Positions 48,026 through 57,779 of a stretch of DNA of 61,664 bases are shown piece after piece. The DNA is from Candidatus Woesearchaeota archaeon (GTDB lineage: Archaea > Nanobdellota > Nanobdellia > Woesearchaeales > JAWBMQ01), in the NCBI GenBank assembly GCA_038825875.1, contig JAWBOS010000004.1, positions 1 through 61,664 on the forward strand, in the 5' to 3' direction. The notes below the pieces were generated by a model. It was not told the origin of the DNA and searched no databases. It saw nothing but the letters and a program-made list of their open reading frames with translations. The first letter of the stretch is position 1; every line of letters starts with the position of its first letter. Position numbers and translations under genes: made by a program.

Positions 48026-48585
48026 TCTCTCAATACTTCGCCAGTTATGAGATTTATTACTTTTGAAGGTTTTCCATTAAGTGGTCCAGCATATATTATA
48101 AATTCAATTTCTTTTTCTATTTCGTTATTTAAATCATCTAAATCTTTCATATATGTGTCATTTGAACTGTTTACGCATGTTGTTATTATTGGTTTATTTA
48201 GTTCACTTAAGAATCTCATGATTTCATGATCTGGAATCCTTATTCCAATAGTATCACTATAGCTTACGTTTGGTGCTATACAATAAGAATTCTTCAATTT
48301 TAGTATGAATGTATATGGACCAGGTAATTTTGCAAGTTCTTTCTCAATTTTTTCATTAACTTCACAATTTTCATATATCCAATCAATAGAAGGAGGAATG
48401 ATTGAAAAAGGTACTATACTCTTCTTTTTTATATTCCTTAACTTATCTACTGCAAAAGGATTAGTTGCGTCACATCCGAGACCATATATTGTGTCGGTCG
48501 GATAAATAAATAAGCATCCCTCCAAAATCTTTCCAATAAGTTCATATTTTCTTTGTTCTAATTCACTTAGGTAAATTATTTGCAT
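48022..48585 (-). CDS. tsaC: L-threonylcarbamoyladenylate synthase (Sua5/YrdC domain only)
   Basis: FIYPTDTIYGLGCDA, IRIPDH. Confidence 0.88.
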   Translation of the reverse strand: MQIIYLSELEQRKYELIGKILEGCLFIYPTDTIYGLGCDATNPFAVDKLRNIKKKSIVPFSIIPPSIDWIYENCEVNEKIEKELAKLPGPYTFILKLKNSYCIAPNVSYSDTIGIRIPDHEIMRFLSELNKPIITTCVNSSNDTYMKDLDDLNNEIEKEIEFIIYAGPLNGKPSKVINLITGEVLRD

Positions 48586-48656
48586 GCAAAATATGGGAAT
48601 TTAATATAGTTTTAAAATTTTTTCAATACAAATATTTTTAAATGAACTATTCTTAG

Positions 48657-50522
48657 ATGAAATATATGAATTTTTCAAGAATTTTAATTTTATGCATGTG
48701 TATTTTTTTATTTTTAGAAACAGGTCATTCTTTCATAGTTTATGATTTTCCGGACAGGCTGGTAATAAATTATACCATTTCATTGAAAATCTCGGGAGAA
48801 AAAGGAAAGATTACTCTTTCAACTAATAAGATCCCAGTTTCACAGTATCATCAAGTAGTTCAATCCAAATTGCCGTCAGAGTTTGAGTATACATTTAAAG
48901 AAAAGGGCGTGATTAGAGATGAATTTTCTACAATTATTACTCTTTACATGACGCCATCTCAGATCAAGGAAAAAATCCCTTATCAAAGAGAGAATACTAC
49001 TCTTTTACGAGAGATTATATGCTATGACGGTTACTGTGATGAGGCATATAAGCTCTTACGTGCATTGGTAAGTGAGTATCTTTCAGATGATCTCTTTAAA
49101 ACAGTTTGCTATATTAATCATTTTGTAAACAAGTTCATAACATATGACATCTCATTCGTAAATGATCAGCAACCAAGACTAAGCAATATTCTGACTTTTA
49201 AAAGAGGTGTTTGTGTTCATTATGCATATTTTCTTCATGAGATTCTGAATTCAATAGGTATTAAAAATCAAATTGTTTATGGTTTTGCAAAAAACAGTGC
49301 TAATTCTACAGCATGGGAACCACATGCCTGGATTAAGTTAAATTTATCCAATAAAGTACTTTTTTTTGATCCTACATTTGATATATGTGGTTATTTAACT
49401 CCATATCACTTATATCTCTCAAATAATTCCTTAATTACTTCCATGTCATATTTTGGTTTTAGTAAAGATGTAGAATTTAGTGATGAAATTAAGATTACAG
49501 AAATAGAAACAAGTCAAACATATATGCCTAGTATATTTTTTGATTTTGAATTTTTTGAGGATGAAATTTATCATAATGAATCCGCATATTTAACTGTAAC
49601 AGTAAAAAACAATGAACCTTTTTATATATTCTCAAATTTTAAATTAGTTTCAGCTGATGAAGTTACAATATTACCAGATGAATTCTTTTTTGTTTTAGAG
49701 CCATTTGAAGAGAAAAACATAACAGTGATTTTAAAACATTCTTTAAAGGATGTGCATTTTGATTATGTTGTTCCAGTTGTTTTGTACAGTTCTTGGTCTC
49801 AAAGTGTAACAAAAAACTTTAAAATAGTTAATAGAAAATCTCATCAAAGAGAAGAGAAAATAAATCCAAGGCCAGATTTACCATCTGTGCAAGAGGATTT
49901 TGAAATAGAATGTTTTCTGTATCCAATGTATTATTCAAATACTTCAAAAATCAAAATAATTTATAGAAATCAAACATTTTGCCTATTTAGGAGCAAGGGA
50001 AAGCCATTCATAGAAACGTTAAATGTGAGTGTTGCATCTTCAGACAATTTTGAGACACATTCTATTCCATTGATCCTTTCAAAAACATATCCTGAAGAAG
50101 TTTACTTTGATGAAATCACAAGATTAGGTATAAACAACATTATTCTTAACATTGCCAATAAGTCTGTTAATTTTACAGTAGTAAAGGAACTTCTAAATAT
50201 ATCCTATTATGAGACTGATGATAAATTTGTTTTTTATGATCCTTTGAAATATAGAAAAGAAATAAAAATAAAGGTCGGAAATAAATTAATCTACAAAAAC
50301 ACCACAGATGATGCTTTTAATATAACAATAGATAAGAAATATATTTCAGACATTCTCAAACTAACCTATTCTCAAAATGTATCAATAAACATAACAGTTG
50401 TTTACGATACTTTTGCATATATTTTTAATGAAAATATTTCAATAAATGTATCTTTTTGGCAAAGCATAAAAAATATATTTAAAATAATCTTAGAAAATAT
50501 AATCAATTGGTTTTATGAATAG
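48657..50522 (+). CDS. secreted transglutaminase-like cysteine protease-fold protein with long beta-rich C-terminal region
   Basis: Signal-like N-terminus; Cys-His-Asp triad context RGVCVHYAYF .. EPHAWIK .. FFDPT. Confidence 0.75.
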   Translation: MKYMNFSRILILCMCIFLFLETGHSFIVYDFPDRLVINYTISLKISGEKGKITLSTNKIPVSQYHQVVQSKLPSEFEYTFKEKGVIRDEFSTIITLYMTPSQIKEKIPYQRENTTLLREIICYDGYCDEAYKLLRALVSEYLSDDLFKTVCYINHFVNKFITYDISFVNDQQPRLSNILTFKRGVCVHYAYFLHEILNSIGIKNQIVYGFAKNSANSTAWEPHAWIKLNLSNKVLFFDPTFDICGYLTPYHLYLSNNSLITSMSYFGFSKDVEFSDEIKITEIETSQTYMPSIFFDFEFFEDEIYHNESAYLTVTVKNNEPFYIFSNFKLVSADEVTILPDEFFFVLEPFEEKNITVILKHSLKDVHFDYVVPVVLYSSWSQSVTKNFKIVNRKSHQREEKINPRPDLPSVQEDFEIECFLYPMYYSNTSKIKIIYRNQTFCLFRSKGKPFIETLNVSVASSDNFETHSIPLILSKTYPEEVYFDEITRLGINNIILNIANKSVNFTVVKELLNISYYETDDKFVFYDPLKYRKEIKIKVGNKLIYKNTTDDAFNITIDKKYISDILKLTYSQNVSINITVVYDTFAYIFNENISINVSFWQSIKNIFKIILENIINWFYE

Positions 50523-50528
50523 TACAAA

Positions 50529-50954
50529 ATGTCCCAACAATGCATATTTTGTGAAATTGTAAAAGGAAACGTAAGTTCTTTTAAGGTGTTAGAGGCTAAT
50601 GAATTTATGGTTATTTTAGATATAAATCCCGCAGAAAGAGGCCATATGATCATTATTCCAAAAAGACATGTTTCTATGCTAGAAGAATTGAATGAATTAG
50701 AGTTAAAGGAGTTATCATACCTATTGAATTATTTAATTTCTAAAACAGAAAAAACATTAGAATGCAAAGGATTTCAGTTTTACTCAGCAATTGGAAATAA
50801 GGCAGGTCAGAGAATAGATCATCTACTGTTTCATTTAATTCCTGTTTATGAAAACATACCCCTTGAGTTTAGATTTCAAAACTTTGATGAGAAAGAGGTA
50901 AATGATATTGCAAAGAGATTTAGAGAATTAATATCAAAGGATGAGAAAAAATGA
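50529..50954 (+). CDS. HIT-family protein with a degenerate histidine triad
   Basis: CIFCEIVKG N-terminus and INPAERGHMIIIPKRH. The triad reads DHLLFHLIP instead of HxHxHxx. Confidence 0.78.
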   Translation: MSQQCIFCEIVKGNVSSFKVLEANEFMVILDINPAERGHMIIIPKRHVSMLEELNELELKELSYLLNYLISKTEKTLECKGFQFYSAIGNKAGQRIDHLLFHLIPVYENIPLEFRFQNFDEKEVNDIAKRFRELISKDEKK

Positions 50955-51235
50955 AATATGAATCAGATTATATGAAAAAAGTAAAAGAAGAATCTAACCT
51001 AAAACTAGCAAGAATATTTCAATTTTTCTTATTCTTTTATGGAGTTTTATTAATTATCATATCTATTTATTACTTTTTACAAAAAGGATCCATTAATCAA
51101 AACATTTTGTTATTTTTTGTGATAGGTTTATTTTTTATTTTATCATCTTTGCTATGGAAAATGTTTTTAAATAACAAAAAGAGAAAATTAGAAGAGGGTA
51201 AGCAAGAGTTTTATACGCCAATAATTGAGGGTTGA
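50951..51235 (+). CDS. small two-TM membrane protein
   Basis: ATGA-coupled to the HIT gene, with two hydrophobic segments. Confidence 0.45.
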   Translation: MKYESDYMKKVKEESNLKLARIFQFFLFFYGVLLIIISIYYFLQKGSINQNILLFFVIGLFFILSSLLWKMFLNNKKRKLEEGKQEFYTPIIEG

Positions 51236-51265
51236 TTTTAAATGTGTATTTAATAACTTTTTTAA

Positions 51266-52333
51266 ATGCTAAATTTTTATACAATTTTGGTGAGAATTGT
51301 GGCAAAAAAAATCAAAAAAGAAAAGCAAAAAGATACATTAGATGAATCTTTGCAAGCATCTGAACAGTCGATGTCTCCTGAAACAAACTATCAGAAGATT
51401 CCAGTTCCGCCAGAGGTTCTTCAGATTCTTGTTCAAAAAAATAATCAAAAAGATCGATTAAAAAATGCAATAATTGTTATAATTATTCTCTCCTTTTTTT
51501 CTTCAATTTTGATTTCTCAACTAGATTTTAAAATGGGAAATGTAGCTATTGTTAAAATATATGATACTATTTCATATGATAATCAAAATTTTGAATTGGA
51601 AAGCGTACTTTCTTTTTTAGATTCTCTCAAGTATAATAAGCGAATTAAAGCAATAGTATTGGATATAAATTCTCCAGGAGGTAGTGCAGTAGCTACTCAT
51701 CATCTTGTTAAAAAAATACAACAGTTAAAGAACGAAAGAAACCTTACGGTATATGCCCTTATTCGAGAATATGGTACTTCTGGAGCATATTGGATTGCAT
51801 CTGTGGCAGATAGAATATATGCAGATGAGTTAAGTCTAGTTGGTAGCATTGGAGTGCTTTCGTCTTTTGTTACAATTCAAAAATTCTTGGAAAGGTATAA
51901 TATAACTTATGAGAGAATCGTTGGAGGAAAATATAAGGATTTAGGATCAATTTTCAAGGATTTGAATGAGGAAGAACGTCAATTATTGTTGTCAAAAATT
52001 ACAAAGGTTCATGATTTCTTTATTTTTTCCGTGGCACAAAAAAGAAATATTCCTGAAGAAAAAATGATAGAACTTGCAACAGGAGAATTTTTTATAGGTT
52101 TAGAGGGAAAAGAGTTAGGTTTGATCGATGAATTTGGAACTCTCGATGATCTAATAAAGAGAATTGAGATTGAGAAAAACATAACAGTGATTCCTTTGGA
52201 GTATAAAGCAAAAAAATCAATCTGGCAGAGAATGTTGGGTTTTTTTGAACAAGCAGGCTTTTCTTTTGGAAAGGGATTTATAAGAGGTATTACTTTTAAA
52301 ACAGATGAGAAGTCTACAGTTCAACTTATTTAG
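51266..52333 (+). CDS. sppA: signal peptide peptidase SppA (S49 family, 36K type)
   Basis: VLDINSPGGSAVA, GTSGAYWIA, GSIGV. Confidence 0.85.
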   Translation: MLNFYTILVRIVAKKIKKEKQKDTLDESLQASEQSMSPETNYQKIPVPPEVLQILVQKNNQKDRLKNAIIVIIILSFFSSILISQLDFKMGNVAIVKIYDTISYDNQNFELESVLSFLDSLKYNKRIKAIVLDINSPGGSAVATHHLVKKIQQLKNERNLTVYALIREYGTSGAYWIASVADRIYADELSLVGSIGVLSSFVTIQKFLERYNITYERIVGGKYKDLGSIFKDLNEEERQLLLSKITKVHDFFIFSVAQKRNIPEEKMIELATGEFFIGLEGKELGLIDEFGTLDDLIKRIEIEKNITVIPLEYKAKKSIWQRMLGFFEQAGFSFGKGFIRGITFKTDEKSTVQLI

Positions 52334-52400
52334 GTATTTTTTATTTTCTCAGTATTGATGATATTGTTTTCTAACATGATTTTTTTCATTATGGTTAGAT

Positions 52401-52474
<74 letters not shown>

Positions 52475-52518
52475 AATAATAAAAGTTTTGAAAAGACAAT
52501 TATTTATAAATATTTCCA

Positions 52519-54147
52519 CTATTCAGTCTCATCTTCTTTTTCAAAATCCTCTATCTCGTCTATGATTTCAACCTTTTGGGTATATTCAGGACTTTCAGGC
52601 AGGTCCTCTTCAACAGGTTTTATTTTCTCTAAAATTTCCTTTAGTTTTAATTTTATGCTCTCTTTTTCACTTTCATTTTTTAAATCCAAGATTTTGCAAA
52701 GAGCATCTGAAAATGAATCCAAATAATGTTCAATATATTCTTTTTTCTTTATCTGATCATAAATATATGACTTTTTCTTAACGTAAATTGCTAATTTTCT
52801 TGCAGCCTGTTGAAGTGCTTTTTTTATTTCACTTATTATTTCTGGATAATGAGCAATCGCTTCTTTTGCTTCAGAAGTATATGGAACCCATACAGATGCA
52901 ATGTGAACTACAATTACTAATGGAGCAATAGGCAAACTTCCTTTTGGTTGCGAAATGCCATAGTTGTTCCAATTTATTTCACTAATTGCTCTTGTTATTG
53001 CACAGGCTCCCTTTTGAAATAGCAATGGAACTCGATTAGCAAACCTTATTATTGTCACTTCTTCATTTGGTAATCCACCACCATAAGCAAGTCCAACTTC
53101 AATAATGAATGGATTTCCTCTATAAACAGCAGGATTTCTTGTAACAGTAACAAAAAATTCAGCAGGAATTTCCTTTCTTAAGCCCTTTTCTAAAATTTCT
53201 TCACCGATGGGACTTAAGCAATCCCCTGAAGGAGCCATTATTTGAGTTTCTTGAATTGTTTTGTACAATTTTTCTATTTCATATGGTTCTAATTCTTTTG
53301 GAACTTTGTTTAGGTCGATTTTTGCTTTTTCACAGATCTCCTTTGCTGTCTTTTCTCCAACTCTTGAAAATGAATTTGTTAGAAATTGGATTAAATTGCT
53401 GTGGTTGCTTTCTTTTATCATTTCTATGAACTTTCCAAGTTCTACACCATGTGGATGCGGCAGAATTTCTTTTGCTTCTCTAGGTAATTGTTCACTTCCC
53501 CTGGCAAATATTTTTTGTTCAAATTCAGGAGTGATGTATATAATTGTTGCATGAGGATTTGCTATTGCAGTGTATTTTAGATAACTTTCAATCGCTCTTG
53601 CACTTCTTCCATAGTCTCCTTCAAGTTCAAGTTCAATTCTTAATCCCGATTCCTTGTCCCAATCCTTTTCTTCTTCATAAATTATTTCAGGTTCGTTCTT
53701 TTTAGTATTTATTTTTAATTTACAGAAATATGCTTTTTTCATATCCTTTGTTTTTGAAGTTATGATGGATTCTTTTGCAGTAGTAAGTTGAGCATAAAGT
53801 ATACACGCAGAAATTCCAATGCCCTGCTGTCCCCTTGATTGCTTTAATCTGTGAAATTTACTTCCATACAACAATTTACCTAATGCTTTAGAAACCTTTT
53901 CTTTTTCAATCCCAGGGCCATTATCCTCTACTACAATTCTATATCTCTTTTTTGATTTATCAACTTCATAGATCTGTATAACAATTTCAGGCAGAATTTT
54001 TGCCTCTTCACAAGCGTCTAGACTATTGTCAACTGCCTCTTTTACAGTAGTTAGTAATGCCTTTGTTGGACTATCAAATCCCAGTAAATGCCTATTCTTT
54101 TCAAAAAATTCTGCAATGCTAATTTCTTTGTGTTGGCGTTCCATCAC
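52519..54147 (-). CDS. top6B: DNA topoisomerase VI subunit B
   Basis: Bergerat ATPase fold motifs EAVDNSLDA, DNGPGI, GQQGIGIS; ~540 aa. Confidence 0.95.
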   Translation of the reverse strand: MMERQHKEISIAEFFEKNRHLLGFDSPTKALLTTVKEAVDNSLDACEEAKILPEIVIQIYEVDKSKKRYRIVVEDNGPGIEKEKVSKALGKLLYGSKFHRLKQSRGQQGIGISACILYAQLTTAKESIITSKTKDMKKAYFCKLKINTKKNEPEIIYEEEKDWDKESGLRIELELEGDYGRSARAIESYLKYTAIANPHATIIYITPEFEQKIFARGSEQLPREAKEILPHPHGVELGKFIEMIKESNHSNLIQFLTNSFSRVGEKTAKEICEKAKIDLNKVPKELEPYEIEKLYKTIQETQIMAPSGDCLSPIGEEILEKGLRKEIPAEFFVTVTRNPAVYRGNPFIIEVGLAYGGGLPNEEVTIIRFANRVPLLFQKGACAITRAISEINWNNYGISQPKGSLPIAPLVIVVHIASVWVPYTSEAKEAIAHYPEIISEIKKALQQAARKLAIYVKKKSYIYDQIKKKEYIEHYLDSFSDALCKILDLKNESEKESIKLKLKEILEKIKPVEEDLPESPEYTQKVEIIDEIEDFEKEDETE

Positions 54148-54288
54148 TTTAATTAAATTTGAGAGATTTAAAAAAGTTTTGCAAGTTGGTAATATTTCAA
54201 AATTTTTGAATCTCGCGAGATAGAATTTGTCACTTAAAAATTTATTTTCCTATCAAGTTTTATTTAAAATATAAAATAAAATGAAAAA

Positions 54289-55737
54289 TCAGTAAAAGAT
54301 ATTGTCATATCCATATATGTGATAGTAGGTTACAAGATAATTTAGTGATAGGCCGTAGGTAATTCCTTTCATTAGGTAAGTTATTAATTCAATCCAATAT
54401 CGAATTGGTTTTCTCTTTATTGTTTTAGTTAGTCGAGGTAAAAATGTAAGAAGGTATGCATATATCTGAAAAAAGTCAATTTCCCAAGCCGAGAGATCAT
54501 TTGATTTTAGAATTGCTTTGAAAGTTATATTATCTGCTTTATTTAACCTATTCAGAACCATCTTAGATCCTGTTTTTTCAATAATCTTTACACTTTCATT
54601 AGTTAAAGGTTTAAATATAAAGAAAGCACTCCTTTCAGAATTTATTTTTTTAGCTAATTTTATTGTTTTCAGTATGCTTTTTTTGGTTTCGCCTGGTACT
54701 CCTAAAATATAATAGGATGTAGATTTCATTCTGTACTTTTTTAGAAGAGTTGATACTTCTTCAATTTTTTCATCACTTAATCCCTTTCTTAATATTTTGT
54801 TTCTAATTTCTTCATCACCATGTTCAAAACCAATTCTTAGCATATTGCATCCTGCTTCTTTAAGTAGTTTTATCTTTTTTTCATTTAGATTGTCAGCTCT
54901 TGAAAACATAGAATATTTGTGCTTATTTATGTTAGCAATTTTTTTGTAATGTTCACAGAACTCTATAATCCAATTTTCTTCTAAAGTTGGGATTTGATCA
55001 AATACTTGAATTAATCTTAAACCTCTATTTTCATATTTTTTCCATTGATATGCAAGTTCTTCAGCAAATCGCTTAGGAGACATCTTTCGATAATATCTTT
55101 TGGGATCAACTGCATTTGCAAATTCTCTTGCTTCACAAAAAGAACAGTTGTAGATGCAACCTCTACTTCCAATAAAGTATAACATACCCAAAAAATAAAA
55201 GTATTTGTCCAAATCTTCCCAAAGATCCCAGTCAAGATATGGCAAATCGTCTAGATTCTCATAAAAATAACCAGCGTTGTGAATTAAAGTTCCATCCTCC
55301 TCATAGTACCATAAACCTCTTATATTTCTAAGTTCTTTCTTTTTTTCTAATTTATTTAAAAATTCGACAATTGTTTCGTCGGCATCACCTACAAAAAGAT
55401 AATCAAAGAGGGAATTTCTGATAATCTGAGGATTTGTTGTAGCATAATATCCTCCGATTATTATTTTGATATTAGGATTAAGTTTCTTAATTTCTTCAGA
55501 TATTTTTATAATGTATTTAAAATAAAGAGAATTGGTAGAAAAACCAATAATATTTGGTTTGAATTCATGAATGTGTTTTTTTAATTTTTCTCTCCAAGTT
55601 CTTTTGTGAAAAGTAAAATCTAAGATTCTTGCAAGATGGTGACTCTTTTTATTTATTATTGTTGCTAAAGTGGTTATTGCAATATCTAGTGCACTATAAT
55701 CTCCTCCCAAAGTTGGATTTATAAATGTTATTCTCAT
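54289..55737 (-). CDS. cobalamin-binding-domain (class B) radical SAM enzyme
   Basis: N-terminal Rossmann-like domain (IIGFST..IIIGGYYAT) followed by GSRGCIYNCSFCEA (CX3CX2C). Confidence 0.82.
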   Translation of the reverse strand: MRITFINPTLGGDYSALDIAITTLATIINKKSHHLARILDFTFHKRTWREKLKKHIHEFKPNIIGFSTNSLYFKYIIKISEEIKKLNPNIKIIIGGYYATTNPQIIRNSLFDYLFVGDADETIVEFLNKLEKKKELRNIRGLWYYEEDGTLIHNAGYFYENLDDLPYLDWDLWEDLDKYFYFLGMLYFIGSRGCIYNCSFCEAREFANAVDPKRYYRKMSPKRFAEELAYQWKKYENRGLRLIQVFDQIPTLEENWIIEFCEHYKKIANINKHKYSMFSRADNLNEKKIKLLKEAGCNMLRIGFEHGDEEIRNKILRKGLSDEKIEEVSTLLKKYRMKSTSYYILGVPGETKKSILKTIKLAKKINSERSAFFIFKPLTNESVKIIEKTGSKMVLNRLNKADNITFKAILKSNDLSAWEIDFFQIYAYLLTFLPRLTKTIKRKPIRYWIELITYLMKGITYGLSLNYLVTYYHIYGYDNIFY

Positions 55738-55843
55738 TTTTGTATTTTTTTAATATTAATCATTATTTAATAAATTTTGCTAAATATAAGAAGGATTTGC
55801 GAGAATAAAAAAAAATTTAAACAGAGCTAATTTTTTTTTGATA

Positions 55844-56764
55844 ATGAAAATTTTTATGATTTTTACTGGTCAGCCATGTGAGATTGATTGTATTTATTGT
55901 AAAAGGAATTACTATCATTATCAAAATAATTTTAAAAGTAAATCACCAGAGGATGTTTTTAATGAAGTTTTGGAAATTATTAAAAATAACAAAGAAGACA
56001 ATGGTGATTTATTTTTTCACCTTACTGGAGTTGGTGAACCTCTTATGTTGTCAAATATTCGAGAAATATGTCAAATTATGCATGAAAATAAAATTAGTTT
56101 TCTTATAGAAACTAACGGAATTAAATTAAAAGATGAAAATTTTTTAGGTGAATTAGTTCGGCTAGGATTAAAAGGAATTATTTTAACAATTTGCTCCATA
56201 ATTGAAGAAGAATATCGTATAATTACACAGTCAAATTATTTTGAAGATGTTCTAATTGCGATAGAAAACATTGAAAAATTTCATATTCCATTAGAGCTTT
56301 CAATTCCTATCTTAAAGCAAAATCTTTTTACATTTCACTTGATTCCTATTTTTTTAAAGAAGTACTATAGAGATTTGAATCTTCAGAAAGTTAATCTTTC
56401 TTTGGTTCGAATAAATTCGCCAACACACATGTTTAAAGAGTGTAGTTTCAGAATTTCAGATTACTCCGAGTTTATAGAGGATAGAATATTATATTTGAAT
56501 GATTTAGGATTTGTGATTGATTTTTCAACCTCTGCAGGTGTTTTTCCATTTTGCTTTTTCAAAAGACTGACAAAAAAATTTAAGTTATATAACAAGTCGT
56601 ATATTTTTGATGGAATGAGACAAAAGACAGTTTACTGTTTAAATTGTTTTTTTAACTTCTCTTGTCCAGGACCATCAAGCACATATCTAGAGCTTTATGG
56701 TGATGAAGAATTTAAGGAATTATACTTCAGTGAAAACAGTGTGTATAATTCAAAAATTTTATAA
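55844..56764 (+). CDS. radical SAM enzyme with a C-terminal 4-Cys auxiliary-cluster domain (paralog 1)
   Basis: GQPCEIDCIYC (CX3CX2C) at the extreme N-terminus, GVGEPL, and C-terminal FPFC..x27..CLNCFFNFSCPG. Confidence 0.8.
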   Translation: MKIFMIFTGQPCEIDCIYCKRNYYHYQNNFKSKSPEDVFNEVLEIIKNNKEDNGDLFFHLTGVGEPLMLSNIREICQIMHENKISFLIETNGIKLKDENFLGELVRLGLKGIILTICSIIEEEYRIITQSNYFEDVLIAIENIEKFHIPLELSIPILKQNLFTFHLIPIFLKKYYRDLNLQKVNLSLVRINSPTHMFKECSFRISDYSEFIEDRILYLNDLGFVIDFSTSAGVFPFCFFKRLTKKFKLYNKSYIFDGMRQKTVYCLNCFFNFSCPGPSSTYLELYGDEEFKELYFSENSVYNSKIL

Positions 56765-56797
56765 ATAGATAAAAACTTCTTTAATGCGATTTTTAGT

Positions 56798-57376
56798 ATG
56801 AATAAATCTATTTTTAAAACAATTCCAAGAGAAGAATTTGAAAAAAGTGGCAGTTGGATAATTAAGGAGAATGAAGATTCAGTTTATATTCTTTTGAATG
56901 CGAAGTTATTTGATAAAAAGGTAATTTTTGCTACCTTATACAATATGCAGCAGTTTGCATATACTCTCTTAGATTTTGACGGAAAAGATTATATTATAAG
57001 ATTAATTCGCACTAATAATCAAAAAAATTTAGAAGAACTAGCATTAGATTTTACTCAGAGATTAATAAACTTTGAGCATTATTTTCTTCAATTGGAAGAT
57101 GTTAAAGATATAAAGGAAGAAATCTTTAAAGAAGTCTATAGTCAATTGCAGAAAGGATCCGTTCCTGAAGTAGATTATGACATAAATGAGCAAGGTGTTG
57201 AAGAGAATTCAGAGTTTTGTGGTTGTGAGGAAGAAACATTAGAAGTTCAAGACGAAGGAATTAAGCTTCAACCAGAGAATATTGATTTTCAAGAATTTGA
57301 AGACTTATTAAAGCCGTGGGAAGAAAGATTCAAAGAGGATTTGAAAGATAAAAGAGATCCTTATCTTGAAAAATAA
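56798..57376 (+). CDS. hypothetical acidic protein inside the radical-SAM operon (possibly HxsD-like; candidate substrate or chaperone)
   Basis: 192 aa with no enzyme motif. The N-terminal ~110 aa look globular. The C-terminal 70 aa are very acidic, with a CGC at ..NSEFCGCEEE... Confidence 0.55.
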   Translation: MNKSIFKTIPREEFEKSGSWIIKENEDSVYILLNAKLFDKKVIFATLYNMQQFAYTLLDFDGKDYIIRLIRTNNQKNLEELALDFTQRLINFEHYFLQLEDVKDIKEEIFKEVYSQLQKGSVPEVDYDINEQGVEENSEFCGCEEETLEVQDEGIKLQPENIDFQEFEDLLKPWEERFKEDLKDKRDPYLEK

Positions 57377-57389
57377 TATAATTCTGAAA

Positions 57390-57779
57390 ATGAAAATTTT
57401 GTTTGACAATGAAAAAGGAGAAATTAATTTTATTGACTTTCCTCTATTTCTTTACTCTAGAAAATCTTTTTTCAAACTTCTTAATTTGATAGTAAATGAT
57501 TTTGAGATTAAATTTGAGAGGTTTAATTATTTGGATGAACGTTGGTTTGAAGAAACTTTCAGAGATAATTTGTTATTGGAAAAATTTTGGAATCAAGATA
57601 CGTCTTACTTTGGTAGAAATGCAAATTTCTTAGGTACTATTGATTTTAAATTAAAAAGTACTACTCAAATTTCAGAGGAAGAGGTTAAAGAATTCGTAAA
57701 TTATTTCTTTGACCTATTGATTTCATATGAAGCGATTGATTTTCTAGAACAAGAAAAATATTTTAACAGTAGAGCATGA
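57390..57779 (+). CDS. hypothetical small protein inside the radical-SAM operon
   Basis: 129 aa from the ATG at 57390 (the track TTG is at 57366). ATGA-coupled to the following SPASM enzyme. Confidence 0.5.
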   Translation: MKILFDNEKGEINFIDFPLFLYSRKSFFKLLNLIVNDFEIKFERFNYLDERWFEETFRDNLLLEKFWNQDTSYFGRNANFLGTIDFKLKSTTQISEEEVKEFVNYFFDLLISYEAIDFLEQEKYFNSRA

